A stretch of 62,429 nt of DNA, filler included, from Dimorphilus gyrociliatus (Eukaryota; Animalia; Annelida): the NCBI GenBank assembly GCA_904063045.1. It is 4 parts of 4 records of this genome, joined end to end, with 100 filler letters (N's around TTAATTAATTAA, not from the genome) between each part and the next. Parts side by side here need not be neighbours in the genome. Positions count along the whole stretch, not along the records: positions 16,706 to 46,097 come from CAJFCJ010000106.1; 3 more parts are not named here. One strand, written 5' to 3'. A program made the translations under genes and the position numbers. Below, in pieces: positions 25,441 to 36,179 of the stretch. The notes beneath the pieces were generated by a model, which was given only the letters and a program-made list of their open reading frames with translations, was not told where the DNA came from and ran no database searches. How positions within the stretch are numbered: position 1 is the stretch's first letter; the number at the start of each line of letters is the position of its first letter.

Positions 25441-25730
25441 GTTGCAAATCAATAAGAGCTCCAGCATTTTCTAAGAAATCACAATCAAGTATTATAGCCA
25501 TATCTAGTTTTTCCATAATAAAGAATTCTTGTTCCATAATTCTTCCATTAAATTGAATATTCAGTTTTGCTTTTCCTTTTGTCTTTAAAGCATTTCCCTC
25601 TGCTGAAGTGATGATTGGTAAACCAGTAGTTTCTTTCTTGATGAATTTAGAATCCATTAACCTGATTTCTTTTTCTGTAATAAATGACAAAAGTGCTCCT
25701 GAATCACATAAGGCAATAACCTCTCGACAT
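25441..25730 (-). pseudogene. pro: Retroviral-type aspartic protease (frameshifted relative to gag)
   Basis: EVIALCDSGALLSFI (D-S-G active site) and AIILDCDFLENAGALIDL (ILGxDFL-like) are present. Confidence 0.85.
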
Positions 25731-26946
25731 TATGATTTTTCATTCGAAATTGGAAATCTTTTCTGCCTTTTACCAAAGAAGTACACTTAAAATGTGCGAT
25801 TTTCTCTTCTTTGAGATTAAATATTGCCATTCTTCCTTTAGAAATTTCAGTTTCATTAGGTTCATCAGGTCCAACATGTATTAGTCTGTTAAAGCTGCCT
25901 TTTTCATTATTTCCTGCATTTCCATTTCTTTGTTGTTGAAATCTATTTTGAGAAAAAGGTTTAAATGTATGTTCATTTTGATTTGAGTTACTCTGATTGT
26001 TGTCAAATCTCCTTTTGTACTGTTTGAATTCATTTTCGCTTTCTTTTCTTGCATTATCAAAAAATATTTCTGCTCTTTTTGCCAATTTAATATACTGATT
26101 AACTGAATTAATCTTTCCATCTTTTTCCACATGATTAACAATTTTTCCTTTAAGACCATTCCTGAATACAGTTAACAGTTGAAGTTCTCTAACTCTTTCA
26201 GTAACACAAGCCATTTCAGTAGTATTGAATGGTAGGAATTTTTCCACAAGTTCTTTACTTCTTCTAACAAAACTTTGGACAGTTTCATCATTGAACTGTC
26301 TCAATCTATCAATTTCTTTTTTGTAAGCCATAGGATCTGGATTAAATTCTTCATCCAATGCATCCCAAATTTCATTTTCATTTGCCATGGAGGGTAAACT
26401 TTCAATAACATCTCTGGCTCTTCCAGTTGTGTATTTTCTCAGCATTCGAATTCTTTTCTCCTCTGTATCCCAAAGGTTTAATTCACAAGCTGTTTGAAAG
26501 TTCCTCTTAAAGGCCCAAGTATCTTTGCTACCAGAATAGGGTCTCAGCAAAGTAGTATTAGGTTTCTCATTAGCATCAATTAGAAGACTTGCAATTGTCT
26601 TTTCCAAAGCATTATCTTGAATGCCATCATAACTGAATTTTGGTTGAGTAGGATCAGGATTAACCATACCTTCAGGAATTGTAGCTGCCCCAGTCATCAA
26701 ATGGTACTTTAAAAAGCTATTACCATCAACTTTGGCTCCACTACTTTTAATTCTCAACATTAATTCATTAATTTTTGAAAGATACTCATCTACTTCCTTG
26801 GCTCTGGCTTTGTCATTCTCATAAACCAAAATAACATTCATTGAAGTAGCATTGTGGGCTGTCGACTGCGCCATATTTGTACTTTGTTGTATTGTAATTG
26901 TAGGAATTTCTGGTTCGTCACAACTGTAATCGTCCTTTCCAATCAT
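25657..26946 (-). CDS. gag: Gag (retrotransposon capsid-like); the last about 25 codons are out of frame and overlap the protease
   Basis: YSGSKDTWAFKRNFQTACELNLW...LRKYTTGRARDVIESL...WDALDEEF and QFNDETVQSFVRR are gypsy capsid motifs. The ORF lies between the LTR and the protease. No CCHC knuckle seen. Confidence 0.85.
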   Translation of the reverse strand: MIGKDDYSCDEPEIPTITIQQSTNMAQSTAHNATSMNVILVYENDKARAKEVDEYLSKINELMLRIKSSGAKVDGNSFLKYHLMTGAATIPEGMVNPDPTQPKFSYDGIQDNALEKTIASLLIDANEKPNTTLLRPYSGSKDTWAFKRNFQTACELNLWDTEEKRIRMLRKYTTGRARDVIESLPSMANENEIWDALDEEFNPDPMAYKKEIDRLRQFNDETVQSFVRRSKELVEKFLPFNTTEMACVTERVRELQLLTVFRNGLKGKIVNHVEKDGKINSVNQYIKLAKRAEIFFDNARKESENEFKQYKRRFDNNQSNSNQNEHTFKPFSQNRFQQQRNGNAGNNEKGSFNRLIHVGPDEPNETEISKGRMAIFNLKEEKIAHFKCTSLVKGRKDFQFRMKNHNVERLLPYVIQEHFCHLLQKKKSG

Positions 26947-27510
26947 TTACCAACTTGCCAAAGTACTCACACAAATAGAACCTTTAAAGTTTGTCCACAA
27001 ATAGTCTAACAAAGGCAATTTCGGTAGAAATTAATTAACAAAACACCAGTATTTCGTCCAAAGAATATGTATTGAGTAAAATGAGCTTCTAGTTCTAAAC
27101 AAGCTAGTTTAAACAACTAGCTGACAGTTAGAAAACTGAACTATCAACTGTTAATTTTGTAGGGTTTATATACTCTTTTAAGGGTTGATAGTTCACAAAT
27201 TTCAATGTTCACAAAAACAAAAGTAACATTTGAAGACAAAGAAAAGTTGTAAATATGGTCATGTTTTTATTGTTTTCCTCTTCTAAATAATAGTTGAAAT
27301 TTCAAAGGTTGGAGAGTTGCATAAGATGTAACAATTTTAGTAGGACAAGTCCAACAATCAAGAAAACATGTAGATTGTATATTTGACCGTTTTTATATTC
27401 TACCTTAATAATGATATTCAATTGATTGAGTTAGTAAATTTAGCATCAGCATATAAGGAGGAAGTATATCTGATTAATGCATGTTAAAAGGAACAGTATT
27501 GTGTATACAA

Positions 27511-27813
27511 TACTGTTGAATAGTGAATATAATCTAAACTTAGAATTTAAGCATAATTGATAATTAATTGAACTAGTTTTAGTTCAAAATCATAAATTTA
27601 TGGATTAATAAATTGTAATATTAATGCTGGGTTGCAAATAGCAAATATTCTTTATATAATTCAATAGGTTTTATTACTGCATAATGTGTATGCACTGCCC
27701 TATGCGAAACTAGGTCACTACTGCTTATCTTTATCAGTCCTATCTGCATAGTACAATACTGGTTCAATACTACTTCTCTATTGTAGAATATAGCTGACGA
27801 ATGTATGTGTACA
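27511..27813 (-). repeat. LTR (middle copy), preceded by a polypurine tract
   Basis: Begins TGTACACATAC on the minus strand, directly after the PPT AAAGGAGTGGGATGTT (27814-27829). Matches 31121-31423. The true 3' boundary is uncertain. Confidence 0.8.
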
Positions 27814-27827
27814 AACATCCCACTCCT

Positions 27828-30800
27828 TTAAGACCTTGCTTCCACGAAAGGTCTAGGACTTGTGACAATTATGTTATCACCACTTTTTCTGAACATAGGA
27901 TAATTTTGCAGTTCTATTTCTTCTGATTCAGCTGTTGGAGCTGAAGGTAATCTTTTTGTTTTTGTCAGTAGTTTAGACAGTCTGGTAAATTGAAGTCTTT
28001 TCAGTTTTTTCTTCCAAATAAAGTAAATGAAGAATCCAATTCCAATCAAGAGTATAATTGGCAGAAGTGTGTCTATTAGTATTTTGAAAGGTTTTCTTAT
28101 CCATGAAGAAAATAGATGTTGTGTTGGTGACAAGGCTGCATCAATTCCTAAATCATTTGCAAAGTTAATATGCTCTCTATGCTTAGTCAAAGTATCCTGT
28201 ATGTATTCCAAAACTTGTTGTATCTGATAATGTTTCTTGCACACATCTTCTTTTATACCTAGTTGTAATAATTCTGTGAGTCTGACAACTTCTAGTTTTG
28301 GTTCTTCAATTTGACTGTTGATTTTCATTCTGATTGATTGTGCTGCTGCTGTTTGGAACCTGCATCCTTTCCTTGTATAATAGATAAATGTCTTCTTGCC
28401 AGAATGTATGGCATATTGATTTTGTTCTGCATCCAAAGGATTTTTCTTGATCTTGAAGAGATGCTGAGTTTGGTCACATGTACCATATCTTATGTCTTCT
28501 TTTGTGATGTGGTAAGCATGATGAAGTATTGGATCAATTGAGAATAGGAGATCTTTATATTTGATCAGAAATTCTTTTGAACATAATCCATTTTTTGTTA
28601 TAATTGTTGTGTCACAAACTACTTGAACAGTTTTTAATTCTGTACATGTATTGAGGGTTGTTAGATCTCCTAACCATGTACTATGGGTTCCATGTTTAGA
28701 TCCAAGTATTGTTGGTAGTTGAGGTGATAGTGGTGTAAGTAGGGCTATCATCTTGTTTCTCATGATAAATTCTTTGCATAAAAGTTGTGAAACTTGTTTA
28801 AAAACTGTTTGTAAATTTTGAAAATTTTTGTCAATATTGTTTAGTAGTGCAGCTGTTCTTATAGCATCTTTTATATTTATTTGGTGTGATTCTGGAATCT
28901 CTATGTTTTCTAATTGTTTCCTCTTCCATTTGTGATTTATTGGTTTTCTTTGTAAAAGTGTATATTTGCCATTTTCTGTATGAATTTGAAATTGTGTATC
29001 TTTTGGGCTTTGATACCAAATGTTCATGTTTGGGAGTGGGTTGAAAGTAACTGGTTTTTTGTCCAATTCAAAATCTTGTGATCTGACTAGTCTGGCAGGT
29101 TTTAGCTTTGTTGTTTTCAGCATTTTTAGTATGTATTTGTTGTGAATATCCCAGATGTCTGGAGAAATAATTTCTTTGACAAACCAAGTCCTCACTAATG
29201 GTGTTGCATGATTTTTTATCAGCATATGGTAGGTTTTGTCACCATCTCTATACCAATCATTATATGTTAAAATATCTTGTATTTCTGTGACATTGGCCTT
29301 TCTTAGTGATGATTTCTTTCCAATATATTTCTCCAATCTATTAACTTCTTTATTTGAAATGATCTTGTATTTTGTATCCTCTATTATTTTATTGTCAGCA
29401 TAATTAGAATTTGTAAGATCAGTTCTAAGTAAGTCATATTCTTTCTGGGGTACCAATATTCTGGTACCAGGACCACCATATCCTTTAATATATCTGTCTT
29501 GGTAAGGTAAATCCATTATTGCATAGTTGGGGCAGGAAAAATATCCTCCAAGTTTTACACATTCCACATTATGGGAAACTATTTTCCATGGTGAAACATG
29601 GCCTAGAAGACTTTGGCCTTTTTCTGGATTAAATATAATGATTGAATCCAAAGTTCTACAAAATTTTTGTTTAATAGAACAGTCTTCTAAATATTCCAAA
29701 TTTGTGGTTATTTTATCTTGACTTGGATTCCAATAAGCCTTGCCAATTTGAAGGATTGTTGTAAATTCTTCCACCACTGTGGTTCTTGGCCATTTGTAAT
29801 TTGGTCCTTTGTTTTCATTATACATAAGAAGTTTGCCTTTTTCAATTAGGTTTTGTCCATTTAAGGTTTTGTGTGTGTATAGCATTGTTCTGCATTGTTT
29901 TTCACTTAACGCAAGTGTTTGTTTTTCAATTCTGTGTTTCTTTGCTCCAAAAAAGTAATGAGTGTAGAAATTGATTCTTCTTTTCACTAAACACTTGACA
30001 GCTTGAATTGCCAAATTGTCAGCTTTAATTTCATAGATGTTAGCTACAATTTTGATCATTTGTTTAGTTTCAAAGGTACATACTGGTTCATCTGCTAAAT
30101 CAAATGATTGGTGTACTTGTTGTCCTTGACAAAACTGTACTGATGGTAGCATTCTTACAGTTATGTTTGCTTTTGTTATGGATACATTTGCTTGGACCAA
30201 GTTTAAACAGCATATTGCTAACAGTGTATAAATTATTGATCCTCTGATAGGAAGCATTCCACCATTTGTTTGGTGTTTCCTTACTGTCACTGTGTTAACT
30301 GTTTTAGGTTGTTTGTTAGCTAGTCTTAGTCTACTAGCATGATAGAATTTTCTTTTATCTGCCAATATTTGTAATTCATACAAACATTTTGTAGTATCTG
30401 TAGCAGTTACAAGATATGGTCCACTCCATTTGCTTGTATTTATTCTGTTCATTCCTTGACCAATGTTTTCATTTCTTATGTGTACCCAATCACCAATTTT
30501 GTAAGTTGGAGGTTTTCTTGTAATAGCTTTATTAACTCTATCTCTATATTCCTTCTTTTTTAGAACAGATTTGCAAAGTGCTGTTGCTCTAATTTCTTCA
30601 AGTTCATGTTTTCTATCAAATAAGAATTTTGTTGTTGGTTCTAATCTTGGAACTTCCATTAACAGGTCTAAAACATTTCTATTCTTCAATCCAAATAATA
30701 TTTCATGTGGGGTTTTGCCAGTGCTTCCAACTGGAATTTGATTTAAACATGTCTGAATTAATGGTAACTGTCTTGTCCAATCTGTCAATTGTTCCATAAC

Positions 30801-30851
30801 TACATGTTTATGTAGTGCTCTACGAATTTCCAAATTCTTTCTTTCTACCAT
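27828..30851 (-). CDS. env: Integrase C-half fused to complete env-like protein (signal-like segment, ectodomain, TM, cytoplasmic tail)
   Basis: Uninterrupted 1007-aa ORF, nearly identical to the 19481-22200 copy. Contains IIYTLLAICCLNLVQA, NVS/NIT sequons and the TM ILIDTLLPIILLIGIGFFIYFIW followed by KKK. The stop codon abuts the PPT. Confidence 0.9.
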   Translation of the reverse strand: MVERKNLEIRRALHKHVVMEQLTDWTRQLPLIQTCLNQIPVGSTGKTPHEILFGLKNRNVLDLLMEVPRLEPTTKFLFDRKHELEEIRATALCKSVLKKKEYRDRVNKAITRKPPTYKIGDWVHIRNENIGQGMNRINTSKWSGPYLVTATDTTKCLYELQILADKRKFYHASRLRLANKQPKTVNTVTVRKHQTNGGMLPIRGSIIYTLLAICCLNLVQANVSITKANITVRMLPSVQFCQGQQVHQSFDLADEPVCTFETKQMIKIVANIYEIKADNLAIQAVKCLVKRRINFYTHYFFGAKKHRIEKQTLALSEKQCRTMLYTHKTLNGQNLIEKGKLLMYNENKGPNYKWPRTTVVEEFTTILQIGKAYWNPSQDKITTNLEYLEDCSIKQKFCRTLDSIIIFNPEKGQSLLGHVSPWKIVSHNVECVKLGGYFSCPNYAIMDLPYQDRYIKGYGGPGTRILVPQKEYDLLRTDLTNSNYADNKIIEDTKYKIISNKEVNRLEKYIGKKSSLRKANVTEIQDILTYNDWYRDGDKTYHMLIKNHATPLVRTWFVKEIISPDIWDIHNKYILKMLKTTKLKPARLVRSQDFELDKKPVTFNPLPNMNIWYQSPKDTQFQIHTENGKYTLLQRKPINHKWKRKQLENIEIPESHQINIKDAIRTAALLNNIDKNFQNLQTVFKQVSQLLCKEFIMRNKMIALLTPLSPQLPTILGSKHGTHSTWLGDLTTLNTCTELKTVQVVCDTTIITKNGLCSKEFLIKYKDLLFSIDPILHHAYHITKEDIRYGTCDQTQHLFKIKKNPLDAEQNQYAIHSGKKTFIYYTRKGCRFQTAAAQSIRMKINSQIEEPKLEVVRLTELLQLGIKEDVCKKHYQIQQVLEYIQDTLTKHREHINFANDLGIDAALSPTQHLFSSWIRKPFKILIDTLLPIILLIGIGFFIYFIWKKKLKRLQFTRLSKLLTKTKRLPSAPTAESEEIELQNYPMFRKSGDNIIVTSPRPFVEARS

Positions 30852-31120
30852 TCCATTACTTTGGCTATGGAATGCTGTTGTTTTAATTTTTCATATTCCC
30901 ATTGATGTCACCATTTCTGTAAAGATTTCCCCAAGAAAATTCCTTCCTTGATCTGTGAGAATTTCTTCTGGGATACCAAATATTGGGAAATAGTTGAAAA
31001 ACAAATGTTTAGAAATCTCCTCAGCTGTTTGAGTTTTTAGAGGGAATATGTTGGTAAATCTGGACATGTGGTCTATAATGACAAGTATATACTTGTAAGA
31101 ATCATGTCCAGTCAGAGGTT

Positions 31121-31423
31121 TACTGTTGAATAGTGAATATAATCTAAACTTAGAATTTAAGCATAATTGATAATTAATTGAACTAGTTTTAGTTCAAAAT
31201 CATAAATTTATGGATTAATAAATTGTAATATTAATGCTGGGTTGCAAATAGCAAATATTCTTTATATAATTCAATAGGTTTTATTACTGCATAATGTGTA
31301 TGCACTGCCCTATGCGAAACTAGGTCACTACTGCTTATCTTTATCAGTCCTATCTGCATAGTACAATACTGGTTCAATACTACTTCTCTATTGTAGAATA
31401 TAGCTGACGAATGTATGTGTACA
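31121..31423 (-). repeat. LTR (outer copy) joined by deletion directly to mid-integrase sequence
   Basis: Matches 27511-27813. The junction GTCAGAGGT-T-TACTGTTG fuses the integrase PLTGHDS region to the LTR. Unrelated host sequence lies beyond 31423. Confidence 0.85.
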
Positions 31424-31589
31424 ATAATAATTAAATGAATTGAATTTTCTCTTCATATTCAGAAAGGGAAGATGTGAATTTTTTTTCATGAAAGAGAGTA
31501 TTGTATAGTTGTATAGTGTTATTTAATTATTTAAAAAAATTTAAATATTGTTAATAAAATAAATCTGAAAAAAATAATATCTTTTTTTG

Positions 31590-34500
31590 TTAGATCAATT
31601 TACAAAAGAAGAAAAAAGAATAATTTTAATTGTACAAAAATTTACTAAAGACATTAAAATGTAATTAAATTTTGAAAACTAAAACACTTTAGACATATAA
31701 TTTATTGTTTTTTTTTATGTAAAATGAAATTTTAATTTATATAAAGAACTTTTTCTTTTTGCCATTTTACAGATAGAGATGAAGAATGTAAAATTTCTTC
31801 AAGTTTTTTATTTCATTCAGTGCTTTAAATTTTATCAAAATTTTCAATTTTCTATGGAATCAATAGAAATTAATGGAATTTATATTCAAGGAATAATTTT
31901 TGCTAAATCATCTAAAGAAAATCCAAATACAATAATTTCTATTACTAATAAATTACCTATTGAAAGAAGTAATATCATATGCAACTATCTTGGCCATAGT
32001 TCATTTTTTTCAACTGGAATTCCTTACCAAAATGGCCCAAGGGTAAAATCATATTATTTTTTAATGAACAATAGAAGATGTTGTCAACTGTAAGGAAAAT
32101 AGCCAAAAAAAAGAAATTTTTTTTTATTAATATTTTTATTTCAGTCGATTAATGAATTTAGGCGTTTTTTCGAAAAAAATTGCATTAATGTTAAAGTGTG
32201 TAATGAAAAATTCTAATTGTAAGTAAATTTTATTAACAAAATATATATATATAATTTTTTGTGTTTTTGACAATAGACACTTTTGCAAAGAGAATTGGAA
32301 ATGGAAATATTTTTGAATTATTTCTAAGGCATAATGAAAAGAATTACCTTATTAGAAATAATTCAATTGTATCAAAGGAAATTTGTAGTAAATCGGAATT
32401 TATATACAATTTTAAAAAGAAATTAGAAATTGAAAAAATTTCAATTGAATTTAAAAAATTTGAAACATTTTCAAATTTTTCAAATTTTCAAAAGAGTAAT
32501 TTAACAGAGAATATTTCTTGTTCATTTAAAGATTTAAATGAACTTTCAGTTATTTTAAACAATAAACAAACTAGGTTTATACTATATAATAACCGTTATT
32601 TTTCTAAAGGGAAATATCTTTTTAAATCAAAAACGTACGGAAAATTTAGACTGTTTGTTGATCACAATGTTGATAAAGATATTATATGTAATCTTATCTG
32701 TAAGGATATTTCTCTATATTTAAAAAGAGGTTATTGCGAAAAAATTAAACAAAGAGTTCATCCAAAACCACCTTCACCTATGTTAACAAATTGTGAAATA
32801 AACAAGAATGGAACAATTCAAGATTGTCATATTCAACTTTCAAATAGAAATTTAAATCTTTATGAAATTTATGTAGAATGTTCCAGATTTCCAAATGGTT
32901 TTAAAAAAATATTTAAATATTTAAAAATATTTATATAAATATTTTTTTCTCTATTTCTTTTAAAAAAGCTGTAAATTACTTTCAAGAATTAAAATTTCTA
33001 TTAAATCATATTAAAGAAGATGAGGAAAATGGATTTGTTGAAGGAGAATTGGCTGTTACTCTTAAAGAAAATTCACAAAATTCTATTTGGTTTGTCCAAT
33101 TTTTTGATTTATTACCTATACATTCAAATAGAGTTTGTAAGGAGCTAGGATACGATTCCTTACATTCTCTAACAACTTATCGAAATATCAATAGAAAAAT
33201 TTTTATGATTAAACAACAATGCCGAAATAAATGTGAATTGTAAGTCTTTCAATCATTTCATAATAGAATTTCTTCAATTCTTATTATTATTATTAACTTT
33301 TAGTACTAAAAATGACAAAAAATCATCTATAATCACAATTTTAAGATGTTTTAAGACAAATGTATCATGTAAGATAAAAGAAGAATAGAGGGAGGAAGAG
33401 AAAGAGAGAGAAAAAGAGAAAAAAATTGGGTGAGAGGTGTGAGTGAGTGAGTGACTGAGAGACAGAGAGAGAAATATAGAAAAATTGAAAGATTGAGAGC
33501 GACAAAGAAATAGAGAACGAGAGAAAAGGAGAGATAGGGGAACCAGTGAGAGATAGAAAGATAGAGCTTGAGAGTGACAAAGAAATGGAAAGAGAGAGAA
33601 AGTTAGAGACAGAAACAGAGAAATCGAGAGAGATAGAGATAGGGAGAAAGAGTTTGAAAATAACAAAGAAATAGAGAGATACAAGCAAAGAAAAATAAGA
33701 AAGAATGAGAAAACGAAAGAGATAGAGACTAACAAAGAAATAGAGAGAGAGAGAGAGAGAGAGAGTGAGAGATTGGGAAAGAGAAAAGAAAAATCGAAAT
33801 CGAAAGAGATGGAGAAATAAAGAAAGCAAAATAGAGAGAGTTAGAAAAAAAGAGGATGAGAGAGATTGAGACTAAAAAGAGAGAAAGAGAGACAGAGAGA
33901 AAGAGAGAGAGAGAGAGGGAGGGACTAAAGATTAAAGATTAAAGACTAAATACTAAAGACAAAGAGATAGTCTGATAGATATATTAATAGAAAGAGAAAA
34001 CCTAACTTCATCATTAAAACTTTTTCTTATTTTTCTTCTTTTTCATCTTGATCTTCTTTTTCTTCTTTGAATTTAAGTTTAAAATCATATTACTCATCTC
34101 TCTTTTTTTTTACATTTAAAACAAATACAGATATTTTTGCAGTAGAAAAATCGTGGAATGTTTATACATTACTAATTAGATATAATCTTACTTCATTCTA
34201 TTTTTACACTTCAAATATAATTAACAAACAAAATCTTTGCTCTAAATCAAATTTTGCATTGGAAAAATCTCTAGATGAATTAAATATTAACAAAGAGTTA
34301 ATTGTAAATTTTTCAAATAAATCTCAATACCAGTTTATTAATAACGAAAAAAAAGAATTGTTGAAAAATCTTGAATGTTCATATTCAGAATTAGAAGGTT
34401 GAATAATTTAAAAAGGAAAAAAAAAAAAAAAACAATTACAAAAAAAATATTTTAGAAATTATTTCAATTGAAAAATTTTGGAATAAAAGTAAAAAAACGT

Positions 34501-36060
34501 ATCATTTTTCCAATAATTACGAATATTTCATACAAACAAAAACGTATGGAAATTTTCCACCAATGTATTTTTTCATTAGTGCAAATAATTTAGATTCAAT
34601 GTATATGTCCTCATTTATTTGTGGAAAATTAAATATGTTGTATAGAACTGGTAATAATTATAAAGTTTCAGAGGTCCTCCAGGTTAATTAAGTAAAATAA
34701 CAAAAATAACCCCAACCCTAAAACCTAAACCTAACCCTAACCCAGTTAAAATATCCGCCATATTTAACTGATTGTGGAATTTCAAAAAATCAAACATATA
34801 CTTGTATAATAAGGATAAATTCTAATACTGAGTTGACAAGTTTTAGAATATTTTACCCAGAATGCCAACCAAAAACAATTGATACTAATGGTAAACAATA
34901 TAGAAAAATAAAACAATAAATGATCCCATCAATCCATCCTCCCTCCTCCATAATGGAATTTTTCTTTATTTTTTTTAGGTCCTATGTTATATAATAGTTA
35001 TTCTCGTATTTATATAAATACTTTTAATAATTCTACCAGTTTACCAAGTTTTTCTGGTGAATATTACCATTTGATTGGAAATTTACAAATTCCTGTTGTA
35101 TACATGTCATTTCAAACTGTTCAGAAGATATGCCAATTTTTTACCTTTCCCTATGGAACAGTTGTAGTTAATGAGATAGACAAACCTGCACATTTTGAAC
35201 ATTTAAATAGAATAAGATGTTTGAAAAATTCAAAAAATATTCAACAATGTTTTTCAAGTGGAAAAATGTAATGGTTTTTCATATAAAATGTGTATTTTTT
35301 CATTTATTCAATTTTCTAGACGTAAAACACCAAAAAAAAAGCCTCTTCAAATTGAATGTTCAAGAATATCTATAAAAACAGTTAAAGATTGTTCAGAAAA
35401 TGATAATGTGGTTATTGTAGATGATACTTGCTATTATATGTTTAAGTACTATGGAACATCAACATTTGAAAAATTACAAACATTTTGTACAGATAGAAAT
35501 TTAACTTTGGCTGATTTTCCAGCAGCTAAAAAATTTCTAGTTTTAAAACATTTAGAAGAGTATTCAAAATTTTTTATAAAATTTTCCGGAAGTAAGAATT
35601 CTATCTCTCTGTCTCTCTGTCTCTCTCTCTCTCTCTTTCTCTCTCTTATATAAATTTTTAATCCATTCAAGTATATAGATTAACAAAGGATAAAAAGGAT
35701 AAGGAAATATTTACAACTTCTTCAAAAACAACACTAGATTTTCCAATTTTTGGATATTTTGGCGTATCCAGCATTCCTGAGGAAATAAATGCAATTTTGG
35801 AAAATAGAAATATTCATATATTTAATAGAAATAATGAATTAGTAAAAACAAAAAAATGCCCCAAATGTTTTCATATAAAACAAGAGTTTGTCTTTGGAAA
35901 TCATTTAAAAACAAAATATAACTCTCCATATATTTTAGTTTGTTTTCATTTTTTTTTCAGAGAAAGCTCCACCTGGCTTGATGTTGTTCAAGAAACTCTC
36001 ATTGATTGCGATCGAATTAAAATGACTAATGTTGTTTGTCAAAAATCTCAAGATCAAGGT
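31590..36060 (+). CDS. Probable short-intron multi-exon coding region of unknown product, possibly the 5' part of the downstream LDLa-LRR-GPCR gene
   Basis: Several open exon-like blocks (about 31830-32090, 32275-32870, 34980-35270, 35320-35590, 35700-36060) are bounded by GT/AG and pyrimidine tracts. No domain recognised. Confidence 0.4.
33380..33990. repeat. (GA)-rich low-complexity/microsatellite tract
   Basis: Continuous AGAGAG/GAAAGA runs. These give rise to the spurious S/L/F-rich ORFs on the minus strand. Confidence 0.9.
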
Positions 36061-36179
36061 GAGAAATATTTCTTAAGTGTTTTTTTTTCTTGTTTTTTAT
36101 ATAGGATTGGGTTTAGGTTTATTTCGATTTAAACCTTAACCCTAACTAGAACTTTTTGTCTCTCTCTCTCTCTTTCAGT

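Larger units (their letters stand above)
19481..31423 (-). mobile_element. Rearranged Ty3/gypsy LTR retrotransposon array: LTR - deleted(IN/env) - LTR - gag-pro-linker-pol-env (3' truncated)
   Basis: Domain order is gag, PR, RT, RH, IN, GPY/F. There are two 303-bp direct repeats that begin TGTACA on the minus strand, and a polypurine tract before the middle repeat. Confidence 0.93.

Noticed and set aside
31115-31125. LTR-to-integrase junction as a spliced subgenomic env cDNA
   Set aside because: There is no AG acceptor in the pol sequence at the breakpoint and the would-be donor GTA is retained, so it is a deletion.
33274-33829. 153-154 aa hydrophobic ORFs (also 37358-37838)
   Set aside because: They are translations of GA/CT microsatellite-rich intron sequence.
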